Shown piece after piece: positions 39,900 through 52,499 of a DNA stretch of 64,000 nt. The position numbers and the translations under genes are program-made. The stretch comes from the human T2T-CHM13v2.0 reference genome, Homo sapiens: the NCBI RefSeq assembly GCF_009914755.1, contig NC_060933.1. One strand, written 5' to 3'. Position 1 is the first letter of the stretch. Each line of letters begins with the position of its first letter. The notes beneath the pieces are model-generated. The model did not search any database and was not told the DNA's origin. It saw nothing but the letters and a program-made list of their open reading frames with translations.

Positions 39900-41680
39900 T
39901 GGAATGGAATGGAATGAAATGGAATGGCATGGAATGGAATGGAACCAACCCGAGTGCAATGGAATGGAACGGAATGGAATGGAATGGAATGGAATGGATT
40001 CAACCCGAATGGAATGGAAAGGAATGGATTAAACCCGAGTGAAATGGCATGGAAGGGAATGGAATGGAATGGAATGGTATGGAATGGAATGGAATGGAAA
40101 GAAATTGAATGGAATGGAATGGAATGGAATGGAATGGAATGGAATGGAATGGAATGAACCCGTGTGCAATGGAATGGAATGGAATGGAATGGAATGGAAT
40201 GGAATGGAATGGGTTCAACTCGAATGGAACGGAAAGGAATGGAATCAACCCGAGTGGAATGGCATGGAATGGAATGGAATGGAATGGAATGGATTGGAAT
40301 GGAATGGAATGGAATGGAATGGAATGGAATGGAATCAACCCGAGTGCAATGTAATGGAATTGAATGGAATGGAATGGAATGGAATGGAATGGATTCAACC
40401 CGAATGGAATGGAAAGGAATGGATTAAACCCGATTGGAATAGCATGGAATGGAGAGGAATGGAATGGAATGGAATGGAATGGTGTGGAAGAGAATGGAAT
40501 GGAATGAAATGGAATGGCATTGAATGGAATGGAACCAACCCGAGTGCAATGGAATGGAATGGAATGGAATGGAATGGAATGGAATGGAATGGAATGGAAT
40601 GGAATGGATTCAACCCGAATGGAATGGAAAGGAATGGAATAAACCCGAGTGAAATGGCATGGAAGGGAATGGAATGGAATGGAATGGTATGGAATGGAAT
40701 GGAATGGAAAGAAACGGAATGGAATGGAATGGAATGGAATGGAATGGAATGGAATGGAATGGAATGAACCCGTGTGCAATGGAATGGAATGGAATGGAAT
40801 GGAATGGAATGGAATGGAATGGAATGGGTTAAACTCGAATGGAACGGAAAGGAATGGAATCAACCCGAGTGTAATGGCATGGAATGGAATGGAATGGAAT
40901 GGAATGGATTGGAATGGAATGGAATGGAATGGAATGGAATGGAATGGAATCAAGCCGAGTGCAATGTAATGGAATTGAATGGAATGGAATGGAATGGAAT
41001 GGAATGGATTCAACCCGAATGGAATGGAAAGGAATGGATTAAACCCGATTGGAATGGCATGGAATGGAGTGGAATGGAATGGAATGGAATGGAATGGTGT
41101 GGAAGAGAATGGAATGGAATGAAATGGAATGGCATGGAATGGAATGGAACCAACCCGAGTGCAATGGAATGGAATGGAATGCAATGGAATGGAATGGATT
41201 CAACCCGAATGGAATGGAAAGGAATGGAATAAACCCGAGTGAAATGGCATGGAAGGGAATGGAATGGAATGGAATGGTATGGAATGGAATGGAATGGAAA
41301 GAAATGGAATGGAATGGAATGGAATGGAATGGAATGGAATGGAATGAACCCGTGTGCAATGGAATGGAATGGAATGGGTTCAACTCGAATGGAACGGAAA
41401 GGAATGGAACCAACCCGAGTGGAATGGCATGGAATGTAATGGAATGGAATGGAATGGATTGGAATGGAATGGAATGGAATGGAATGGAATGGAATGGAAT
41501 GGAATCAACCCAAGTGCAATGTAATGGAATTGAATGGAATGGAATGGAATGGAATGGAATGGATTCAACCCGAATGGAATGGAAAGGAATGGATTAAACC
41601 CGATTGGAATGGCATGGAATGGAGTGGAATGGAATGGAATGGAATGGAATGGTGCGGAAGAGAATGGAATGGAATGAAAT
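39900..41680 (+). repeat. Three tandem copies of a ~0.6 kb unit
   Basis: GGAACCAACCCGAGTGC 39941/40531/41146; GAACCCGTGTGC 40156/40766/41346; GGATTAAACCCGATTGG 40421/41036/41591. Confidence 0.88.
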
Positions 41681-44600
41681 GGAATGGAATGGAATTGAAT
41701 GGAATGGAAAGGTATGGAATGGAATCAACCCGATTGCAGGGGAATGGAATGGAATGGAAGGCAATGGAATGGAATCATCCGGAATTGAATGGAATGGAAT
41801 GGAATGGAATGGAATGGAATCAACCCGAGTGCAATGTAATGTAATGGAATGGAATGGAATGGAATTGAATGGAATGGAATGGAATGCATTCAACCCGAAT
41901 GGAATGGAAAGGAATGGAATAAACCCGAGTGGAATGGCATGGAATGGAGTGGAATGGAATGGAATGTAATGGAATGGTGCGGAAGACAATGGAATGGAAC
42001 GAAATGGAATGGAATGGAATGGAATGGAACGGAATGGAATGGGTTCAACTCGAATGGAATGGAATGGAATGGAATCAACCCGATTGCAATTTAATGGAGT
42101 GGAAAGAAATGGAATGGAATGGAAACAACCCGAATGGAATGGAATGTAATGGAGTGTAAGGGAATTGAATAGAATCAATACGAATGTAATGGAATGGAAT
42201 GGAACGGAATGGAATGCAATGGAATGGAATGGAATGCAATGGAATGGGATCAACCCGAGTGTAATGGAATGGAATCGAAAGGAATGGAATGGAATGGAAT
42301 TGTTTCAACCCGAATGGAATTGAAAGGAATGGAATCAACCAGAGTGGAATGGAATTGAATGGAATGGAATGAAATGGAATGGAATGGAATGGAATGGAAT
42401 GGTGCGGAAGACAATGGAATGGAACGAAATGGAATGGAATGGAATGGAATGGAATGCAATGGAATGGAATCATCCGGAATGGAATAGAATGTAATGGAAT
42501 GCAATGGAATGGAATGTATCAACCCGAGTGCAATAGAATGCAGTGGAATGTAGTGGAATGGAATGGAATCTACCCGAATGGATTGGAATGTAATGGAGTG
42601 TAAGGGAATTAAAAAGAATCAATCCGAATGTAATGGAATGGAATGGAACGGAATGGAATGGAATGGAATGGAATGGAATGGAATGAAATGGAATGGCATA
42701 GAATGGAATGGAATGAACCCGAGTGCAATGGAATGGAATCGAATGGAATGGAATGGAATGGAATGGATTCAACCCGAATGGAATGGAAAGGAATGGAATT
42801 AACCCGAGTGAAATGGCAATGAAGGGAATGGAATGGAATGGAATGCTACGGAATAGAATGGAATGGAACGAAATGGAATGGAATGGAATGGAATGGAATG
42901 GAATGGAATGGAATGAACCCGTGTGCAATAGAATGGAATGGAATGGAATGGAATGGAATGGAATGGGTTCAACTCGAATGGAATGGAAAGGAATGGAATC
43001 AACACCAGTGGAATGGCATGGAATGGAATGGAACGGAATGGAATGGAATGGAATGGAATGGAATGGATTCAACCCCAATGGAATGGAAAGGAATGGAATA
43101 AACCCGAGTGGAATGGCATGGAATGGAGAGGAATGAAATGGAATGAAATGGAAGGTTACGCAATGGAAAGGAATGGAATGAAATGGAATGGAATGGAATT
43201 AAATGGAATAGAATGGAATGAACCCGTGTGCAATGGAATGGAATCGAATGGAATGGAATGCAATGGAATGCATTCATCTCGAATGGAATGGAAAGGAATG
43301 GAAACAACCCGAGTGGAATGGCATGGAATGGAATGGAATGGAATGGTACGGAATAGAATGGAATAGAACGAAATGGAATGGAATGGAACGGAATGGAATG
43401 GAATGGAATGGAATGGAATAGAATGGAAACCACCCGAGTGCAGGGGAATGGAATGGAATGCAATGCAATGGAATGGAATGGAATGGATTCAACCCAAATG
43501 GAATGGAAACGAATGGAATCAACCCGAGTGGAATGGCATTGAATAGAATGGAATGGAATGGAATGCAATGGTACGGAATAGAATGGAATGCAACGAAATG
43601 GAATGGAATGGAATGGAATGCAATGGAATGGTATCAATCAACCCGAGTGCAATAGAATGCAGTGGAATGGAATGGAATGGAATGGAAACTACCCGAAAGG
43701 AATGGAATGTAATGGACTGTAAGGGAATTAAAAAGAATCAATCCGAATGTAATTGAATGGAATGGAACGGAATAGAATGGAATGGAATGGAATGGAATGG
43801 AATGGAATGGAATGGAATGGAATGAAATGGAATGGCATGGAATGGAATGGAATCAACCCGAGTGCAATGGAATGGAATCGAATGGAATGGAAGGGAATGG
43901 AATGGATTGAACCCGAATGGAGTGGAAAGGAATGGAATAAACCCGAGTGGAATGGCATGGAATGGAATGGAATGGAATGGAATGGTACGCAATAGAATGG
44001 AAAAGAACGAAATGGAATGGAATGTAATGGAATGGAATGAACCCGTGTGCAATGGAATGGAATGGAATGGAATGGAATGGAATGGAATGGGTTCAACTCG
44101 AAAGGAATGGAAAGGAATGGAATCAACCCGAGTGGAATGGCATGGAATGGAATGGAATGGAATGGTATGGAATGGAATGGAATGGAATGGAATGGAATGG
44201 AATGGAATGGAATGCAATGAAATGGAATGGAATGGAATGGAATGGAATCAACCCGAGTGTAATGTAATGGAATCGAATGGAATGGAATGGAATGGAATGG
44301 ATTCAACCCAAATGGAATGGAAAGGAATGGAATCAACCCGAGTGGAATGGCATGGAATGGACAGGAATGGAATGGAATGGAATGGAATGGTACGGAATAG
44401 AATGGAATGGAACGAAATGGAATGGAATGGAATGGAATGGAATGGAATGGAATGAACCCGTGTGCAATGGAATGGAATCGAATGGAATGGAATGGAATGG
44501 AAAGGATACAACTCGAATGGAATGGAAAGGAATGAAATCAACCCGAGTGTAATGGCATGGACTGGAATGGAATGGAATGGCATGGAATGGAATGGAATTG

Positions 44601-47175
44601 AATGGTACGGATTAGAATCGAATGGAATGAAATGGAATGGAATGGAATGGAATGGAATGGAATGGAATGGAATGGAATTAACCCGAATAGAATGGAATTG
44701 AATGGAATGGAATGGAATGGAAGTAAATGGAATAGAATGTAATGAACCCGAGGGCAGGGGAATGGAATGGAATGGAATGCAATGGAATGGGGTCATCCGG
44801 AATGGAACAGAAAGTAATGGAATGGAATCAACCCGTGTGCAATGGAATGGAAAGGAATGGAATGGAATGGAATGGAATGGAATGGAATGGAATGGAATGG
44901 ATTCAACCCGAATGGAATGGAAAGGAAGGGAATCAACCCAAGTGGAATGGCATGGAATGAAATGCAATGGAATAGAATGGAATGGTACCGAATAGAATGG
45001 AATGGAACGAAATGGAATAGAATGGAATGGAATGGTATGGAAACAACCCGAATGGAATGGAATGAAATGGAGTGTAAGGGAATTGAATACAATCAATCCG
45101 AATATAATGGAATGGAATGGAACGGAATGGAATGGAATGTAATGGAATGCAGTGGAATGGAATCAAACCTAGTGCAATGGAATGGAATGGAAAGGAATGG
45201 AATGGAATGGAATGGAATGGATTCAACCCAAATGGAATGGAAAGCAATGGAATCAACGCGAGTGGAATGGTATGGAATGGAATGGAACGGAATGGAATGG
45301 AATGGAATGGACTGGAATGGAATGTTACGGAATAGAATGGAATGGAACGAAATGGAATGGAATGGAATGGAATGGAACGGAAAGGAATGGAATCAACTCA
45401 ATTGCAATGGAATGCAATGGAATGGAATGGAATGCAATTAAAGCGAATAGAATTGAATGGAATGGAATGGAACGGAATGGAATGGATTGGAATGGAATGG
45501 AATCGAATGGAATCAACCTGAGTGCAGGGGAATGGAATGGAATGGAATGCAATGGAATGTAATGGAATGGAATGCAATTTAAACAACTCGATTGCAATGG
45601 AATGGAATGGAATGGAATGGAAGGGAAAGGAATGGAATGGAATTAACCTGAACAGAATGGAATGGAATGGAATGGAACGGAATGGAATGGAATGGATTCA
45701 ACCGGAATGGAATGGAAAGGAATGGAATAAACCCGAGTGGAATGGCATGGAATGGAATGGAATGGAATGGAATGGAATGGTACGGAATAGAATGGAATGG
45801 AACGAAATGGAATGGAATGGAATGGAATGGAATGGAATGGAATCAACCTGAGTGCAATGGAATGGAATGGAATGGAATGGAACGGAATGGAAACAACCCG
45901 AATGGAATGGAATGTAATGGAGTGTAAGGAATTGAATACAATCAATCCGAATGTAATGGAATGGAATGGAACGGAATGGAATGGAATGGAATGCAGTGGA
46001 ATGGAATCAAACCTAGTGCAATGGAATGGAATGGAATGGAATGGAATGGATTGGAATGGATTGGATTCAACCCAAATGGAATGGAAAGCAATAGAATCAA
46101 CCCGAGTGGAATGGAATGGAATGGAATGGAATGGAATGGAATGGAATGGAATGGTACGGAATAGAATGGAATGGAACGAAATGGAATGGAATGGAATGGA
46201 ATGGAACGGAATGGAATGGAATCAACTCGATTGCAATGGAATGTAATGGAATGGAAAGGAATACATTGGAATCAACCCGAGTGGAATGGAACGGAAAGGA
46301 CTGGAATGGAGTGGAATGGAATGAAATGGAATGGAATGGAATCAACTCGATTGGAATGGAATGGAATGGAATGGAATGGAATTAACCCGAATAGAATGGA
46401 ATGGAATGGAATGGAATGGAATGGAATAGAATGGAATGGAATCAACCCGAGTGCAGGGGAATGTAATGTAACGGAATACAATGGAATGGAATCATCCGGA
46501 ATGGAATGGAATGGAATGGAATGGAATCAACACGAGTACAATGGAATGGAGTGGAATGGAATGGAATGGAATGGAACAACCCGAATGGAACGGAATGTAA
46601 TGGAGAGTAAGGGAGTTGAAAAGAATCAATCCGAGTGTAATGGAATGGAATGGAACAGAATGGAATGGAATGGAATGGAATGGAAGGGAATGGAATGGAA
46701 TGCAATGGAATGGAATCAACCCGAGTGCAATCGAATGGAATCGAATGTAATGGAATGCAATGGAAAGGATTCAACTTGAATGGAATGGAAAGAATGGAAT
46801 CAACAGGAGTGGAATGGCATGGATTGGAATGGAATGGAATGGAATCAAACCGAGTACAGGGGAATGGAATGGAATGGAATGCAATGGAATGGAATCATCC
46901 GTAATGGAATGGAAAGGAATGGAATGGAAAGGAATGGAATGGAATGGAATGGAATGGAATGGAATGGAATGGAATCAACTCGATTGCAATCGAATGGAAT
47001 GGAATGAAATTAACCCGAAAAGAAGGGAATGGAATGGAATGGAACGGAACAGAATGGAATGGAATGGAATGGAATGGAATGGAACGGAACGGAGTGGAAT
47101 GGAATGGAATGGAATGGAATGAAATGGAATCAACGCGAGTGCAGGGGAATGGAATGTAATGGAATGCAATGGAAT

Positions 47176-47190
47176 GGAATCTTCCGGAAT
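47176..47190. promoter_or_regulatory. Perfect 3-unit HSE match
   Basis: GGAATCTTCCGGAAT; motif match only. Confidence 0.5.
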
Positions 47191-49489
47191 GGAATGGAAT
47201 GGAATGGAATGCAATGGATTCAACTCGATTGCAATGGAATGGAATAGAATGGAATGGAATGGAATGGAATGGAATTAACCCGAATAGAATGGAATGGAAT
47301 GGAACGGAATGGAACGGAACGGAATGGAATGGTGTGGAATGGAATGGAATGCAATGGAATCAACGCGAGTGCAGGGTTATGTAATTGAACGGAATGTAAT
47401 GGAAAGGAATCATCCGGAATGGAATGGAATGGAATGGAATGGAATGGAATCAACCCGAGTGCAATGGAACGGAGTGGAATGGAATGGAATGGAATGGAAT
47501 GGAACAACCCGAGTGCAATGGAATGGAGTGGAATGGAATGGAATGGAATGGAACAACCCGAAGGGAATGGAATGTAATGGAGAGTAAGGGAGTTGAATAG
47601 AATCAATCCGAATGAAATGGAATGGAATGGAATGCAATGGAATGGAATCAACCCGAGTAAAATGGAATGGAATGGAATGGAATGGAATGGAATGGAATGG
47701 AATGGAACAACCCGAATGGAATGGAATGTAATGGACAGTAAGGGAGTTGAATAGAATCAATCCGAATGTAATGGAATGGAATGGAATGCAATGGAATGGA
47801 ATCAACCCGAGTACAATGGAATGGAATGGAATGGAATGGAATGGAATGGAATGGAATGGAATGGAAAGGCTTCAAACCGAATGGAATGGAAAGGAATGGA
47901 ATCAACACGAGTGGAATGGAATGGAATGGAATGGAATGGAATGGAATGGAATGGAATGGAATTAACCTGAACAGAATGGAATGGAATGGAATGGAACGGA
48001 ATGGAATGGAATGGATTCAACCGGAATGGAATGGAAAGGAATGGAATAAACCCGAGTGGAATGGCATGGAATGGAATGGAATGGAATGGAATGGAATGGA
48101 ATGGTACGGAATAGAATGGAATGGAACGAAATGGAATGGAATGGAATGGAATGGAATGGAATGGGATCAACCTGAGTGCAATGGAATGGAATGGAATGGA
48201 ATGGAACGGAATGGAAACAACCCGAATGGAATGGAATGTAATGGAGTGTAAGGAATTGAATACAATCAATCCGAATGTAATGGAATGGAATGGAACGGAA
48301 TGGAATGGAATGGAATGCAGTGGAATGGAATCAAACCTAGTGCAATGGAATGGAATGGAATGGAATGGAATGGATTGGATTCAACCCAAATGGAATGGAA
48401 AGCAATAGAATCAACCCGAGTGGAATGGAATGGAATGGAATGGAATGGAATGGAATGGAATGGAATGGAATGGTACGGAATAGAATGGAATGGAACGAAA
48501 TGGAATGGAATGGAATGGAATGGAACGGAATGGAATGGAATCAACTCGATTTCAATGGAATGTAATGGAATGGAAAGGAATACATTGGAATCAACCCGAG
48601 TGGAATGGAACGGAAAGGACTGGAATGGAGTGGAATGGAATGAAATGGAATGGAATGGAATCAACTCGATTGGAATGGAATGGAATGGAATGGAATGGAA
48701 TTAACCCGAATAGAATGGAATGGAATGGAATGGAATGGAATGGAATAGAATGGAATGGAATCAACCCGAGTGCAGGGGAATGTAATGTAACGGAATACAA
48801 TGGAATGGAATCATCCGGAATGGAATGGAATGGAATGGAATGGAATCAACACGAGTACAATGGAATGGAGTGGAATGGAATGGAAAGGAATGGAACAACC
48901 CGAATGGAACGGAATGTAATGGAGAGTAAGGGAGTTGAAAAGAATCAATCCGAGTGTAATGGAATCGAATGGAACAGAATGGAATGGAATGGAATGGAAT
49001 GGAAGGGAATGGAATGGAATGCAATGGAATGGAATCAACCCGAGTGCAATCGAATGGAATCGAATGTAATGGAATGCAATGGAAAGGATTCAACTTGAAT
49101 GGAATGGAAAGAATGGAATCAACAGGAGTGGAATGGCATGGATTGGAATGGAATGGAATGGAATCAAACCGAGTACAGGGGAATGGAATGGAATGGAATG
49201 CAATGGAATGGAATCATCCGTAATGGAATGGAAAGGAATGGAATGGAAAGGAATGGAATGGAAATGAATGGAATGGAATGGAATGGAATGGAATGGAATC
49301 AACTCGATTGCAATCGAATGGAATGGAATGAAATTAACCCGAAAAGAAGGGAATGGAATGGAATGGAACGGAACAGAATGGAATGGAATGGAATGGAACG
49401 GAACGGAATGGAATGGAATGGAATGGAATGGAATGGAATGGAATCAACGCGAGTGCAGGGGAATGGAATGTAATGGAATGCAATGGAAT

Positions 49490-49504
49490 GGAATCTTCCG
49501 GAAT
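49490..49504. promoter_or_regulatory. Perfect 3-unit HSE match (duplicate of 47176)
   Basis: GGAATCTTCCGGAAT; motif match only. Confidence 0.5.
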
Positions 49505-52499
49505 GGAATGGAATGGAATGGAATGCAATGGATTCAACTCGATTGCAATGGAATGGAATAGAATGGAATGGAATGGAATGGAATGGAATTAACCCGAATA
49601 GAATGGAATGGAATGGAACGGAATGGAACGGAACGGAATGGAATGGTGTGGAATGGAATGGAATGGAATGGAATCAACGCAAGTGCAGGGTTATGTAATT
49701 GAACGGAATGTAATGGAAAGGAATCATCCGGAATGGAATGGAATGGAATGGAATGGAATGGAATCAACCCGAGTGCAATGGAACGGAGTGGAATGGAATG
49801 GAATGGAATGGAACAACCCGAGTGCAATGGAATGGAGTGGAATGGAATGGAATGGAATGGAACAACCCGAAGGGAATGGAATGTAATGGAGAGTAAGGGA
49901 GTTGAATAGAATCAATCCGAATGAAATGGAATGGAATGGAATGCAATGGAATGGAATCAACCCGAGTACAATGGAATGGAATGGAATGGAATGGAATGGA
50001 ATGGAATGGAACAACCCGAATGGAATGGAATGTAATGGACAGTAAGGGAGTTGAATAGAATCAATCCGAATGTAATGGAATGGAATGGAATGCAATGGAA
50101 TGGAATCAACCCGAGTACAATGGAATGGAATGGAATGGAATGGAATGGAATGGAATGGAATGGAAAGGCTTCAAACCGAATGGAATGGAAAGGAATGGAA
50201 TCAACACGAGTGGAATGGAATGGAATGGAATGGAATGGAATGGAATGGAATGGAATTGAATGGAATGGAATGGAATGGAATGGTATGGAATAGAATGGAA
50301 TGGAAAGAAATGGAATGGAATGGAATGGAATGGAATGGAATGGAATGCAATGGAATGGAATCGTTCCGAGTGGAATAGGAGGGAATGTATTCGAGTGGAT
50401 TGGAAAGGAATGGAATCAACCAGAGTGGAATGGAAGGGAATGGAATGGAATGGAAACTAATAGAATGGAATCAACCCGAGTGGAATGGAATGGAAAGGAC
50501 TGGAATGGAATGGAATGGAATGGAATGGAATGGAATGGAATCAACTCGATTGTAATGGAATGGAATGGAATGGAATGGAATGGAATGGAATGGAATGGAA
50601 TGGAATTAACCCAAATACAATGGAATGGAATGGAATGGAATGGAATGGTATGGAATGGAATGGAATGATACGGAATAGAATGGAATGGAACGAATTGTAA
50701 TGGAATGGAATTGAATGGAATGGAATGGAATGGAATGGAATCAACGCGAGTGCAGGGGAATGTAATGGAACGGAATGCAATGGAATGGAATCATCCGGAA
50801 TGGAATGGAATGGAATGGAATGGAATCAACCCTAGTGCAATGGAATGGAGTGGAGTGGAATGGAATGGAATGGAACAACCCGAATGGAATGGAGAGTAAG
50901 GGAGTTGAATAGAATCAATCCGAATGTAATGGAATGGAATGCAACGGAATGGAATGGAATGGAATGGAATGGAATGGAATGGAATGGAATGGAATCAACC
51001 CGAGTACAATGGAATGGAATGGAATGGAATGGAATGGAATGGAATGGAATGGAATGGAGTGGAATTGAATGGATTGGAATGCCTGCAAACCGAATGGAAT
51101 GGAAAGGAATGGAATCAACCCGAGTAGAATGGAATGGAATGGAATGGAATGGAATGGAATGGAATGGAATGGAATGATACGGAATAGAATGGAATGGAAC
51201 GAAATGGAATGGAATGGAATGGAATGGAATCGAATGGAATGGAAAGGAATGGAATCAACCCGAGTACAATGGAATGGAATGGAATGGAATGGAATGGAAT
51301 GGAATGGAATGATACGGAATAGAATGGAATGGAACGAAACGGAATGGAATGGAATGGAATGGAATGGAATGGAATGGAATGGAATGGAATGCAATGGAAT
51401 GGAATAGAATGGAATGGAATCAACCCGAGTGCAATGGAATGGAATGGAATGGAATGGAATGGAATGGAATGGAATGGAACAACCCGAATGGAATGGAATG
51501 TAATGGAGAGTAAGGGAGTTGAATAGAATCAATCCGAATGTAATGGAATGGAATGCAAAGGAATGGAATGGAATGGAATGGAATGGAATGGAATGGAATG
51601 GAATGCAATGGAATGGAATCAACCCGAGTACAAGGGAATGGAATGGAATGGAATGGAATGGAATGGAATGGAATGGAATGGAATGGAATGGAATGGAATG
51701 CCTTCAAACCGAATGGAATGGAAAGCAATGGAATCAACACGAGTGGAATGGAATGGAATGGAATGGTACGGAATAGAATGGAATGGAACGAAATGGAATG
51801 GAATGGAATGGAATGGAATGGAATGGAATGGAATGGAATGCAATGGAATCGTTCCGAGTGAAATAGGAGGGAATGTATTCGAGTGGAATGGAAAGGAATG
51901 GAATCAACCAGAGTGGAATGGAAGGGAATGGAACGGAATGGAAACTAATAGAATGGAATCAACCCGAGTGGAATGGAATGGAAAGGACTGCAATGGAATG
52001 GAATGGAATGGAATGGAATGGAATCAACTCAATTGTAATGGAATGGAATGGAATGGAATGGAATGGAATGGAATGGAATGGAATGGAATTAACCCAAATA
52101 CAATGGAATGCAATGGAATGGAATGGAATGGAGTGGAATGGAATGGAATCAACCCGAGTGCAGGGGAATGGAATGGAATGGAATGCAATGGAATGGAATC
52201 ATCCGGAATGGAATGGAATGGAATGGAATGCAAAGCAATAGAATCAACTCGATTGCAATGGAATGGAATGCAATAGAAAAGAATAGAATTGAATCAACCC
52301 GAGTGGAATGGAATGGAAAGGACTGGAATGGAGTGGAATGGAATGGAATGGAATGGAATGGAATCAACTCGATTGGAATGGAATGGAATGGAATGGAATG
52401 GAATGGAATGGAATGGAATGGAATTAACCCGAATAGAATGGAATGGAATGGAATGGAACGGAACGGAACGGAATGGAATGGAATGGAATGGAATGGAAT

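Larger units (their letters stand above)
8241..46250 (+). repeat. HSat3 domain B, ~2.5-2.7 kb basic unit, heavily rearranged
   Basis: A different landmark set: ATCATACGG, ATCATACCTAGTGC, TTCAACCCAAATGGAATGGAAAGC, ATCAATCTGAG, TTAACCTGAACAG, GAGTCATCCGG, AATCAATCAACCCGAG, AAAGTACCCG, GGAATTAAAAAGAATC, GAACCCGTGTGC, GGTGCGGAAGAG. ATCATACGG spacings include ~8253->10902, ~21162->23720 and ~27953->30455. Confidence 0.85.
45640..50260 (+). repeat. ~2.3 kb tandem duplication spanning the B/A' boundary
   Basis: TTCAACCGGAAT 45697/48016, ATACATTGG 46261/48580, CAACAGGAGT 46801/49120, CAGGGTTATG 47372/49686, GGACAGTAAG 47733/50037, AAAGGCTTC 47865/50164. Confidence 0.92.

Noticed and set aside
40000-41184. 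Longest ORF (394 aa, minus strand)
   Set aside because: Its length is explained by the 0.6-kb triplication of a stop-free segment. It is low-complexity sequence.
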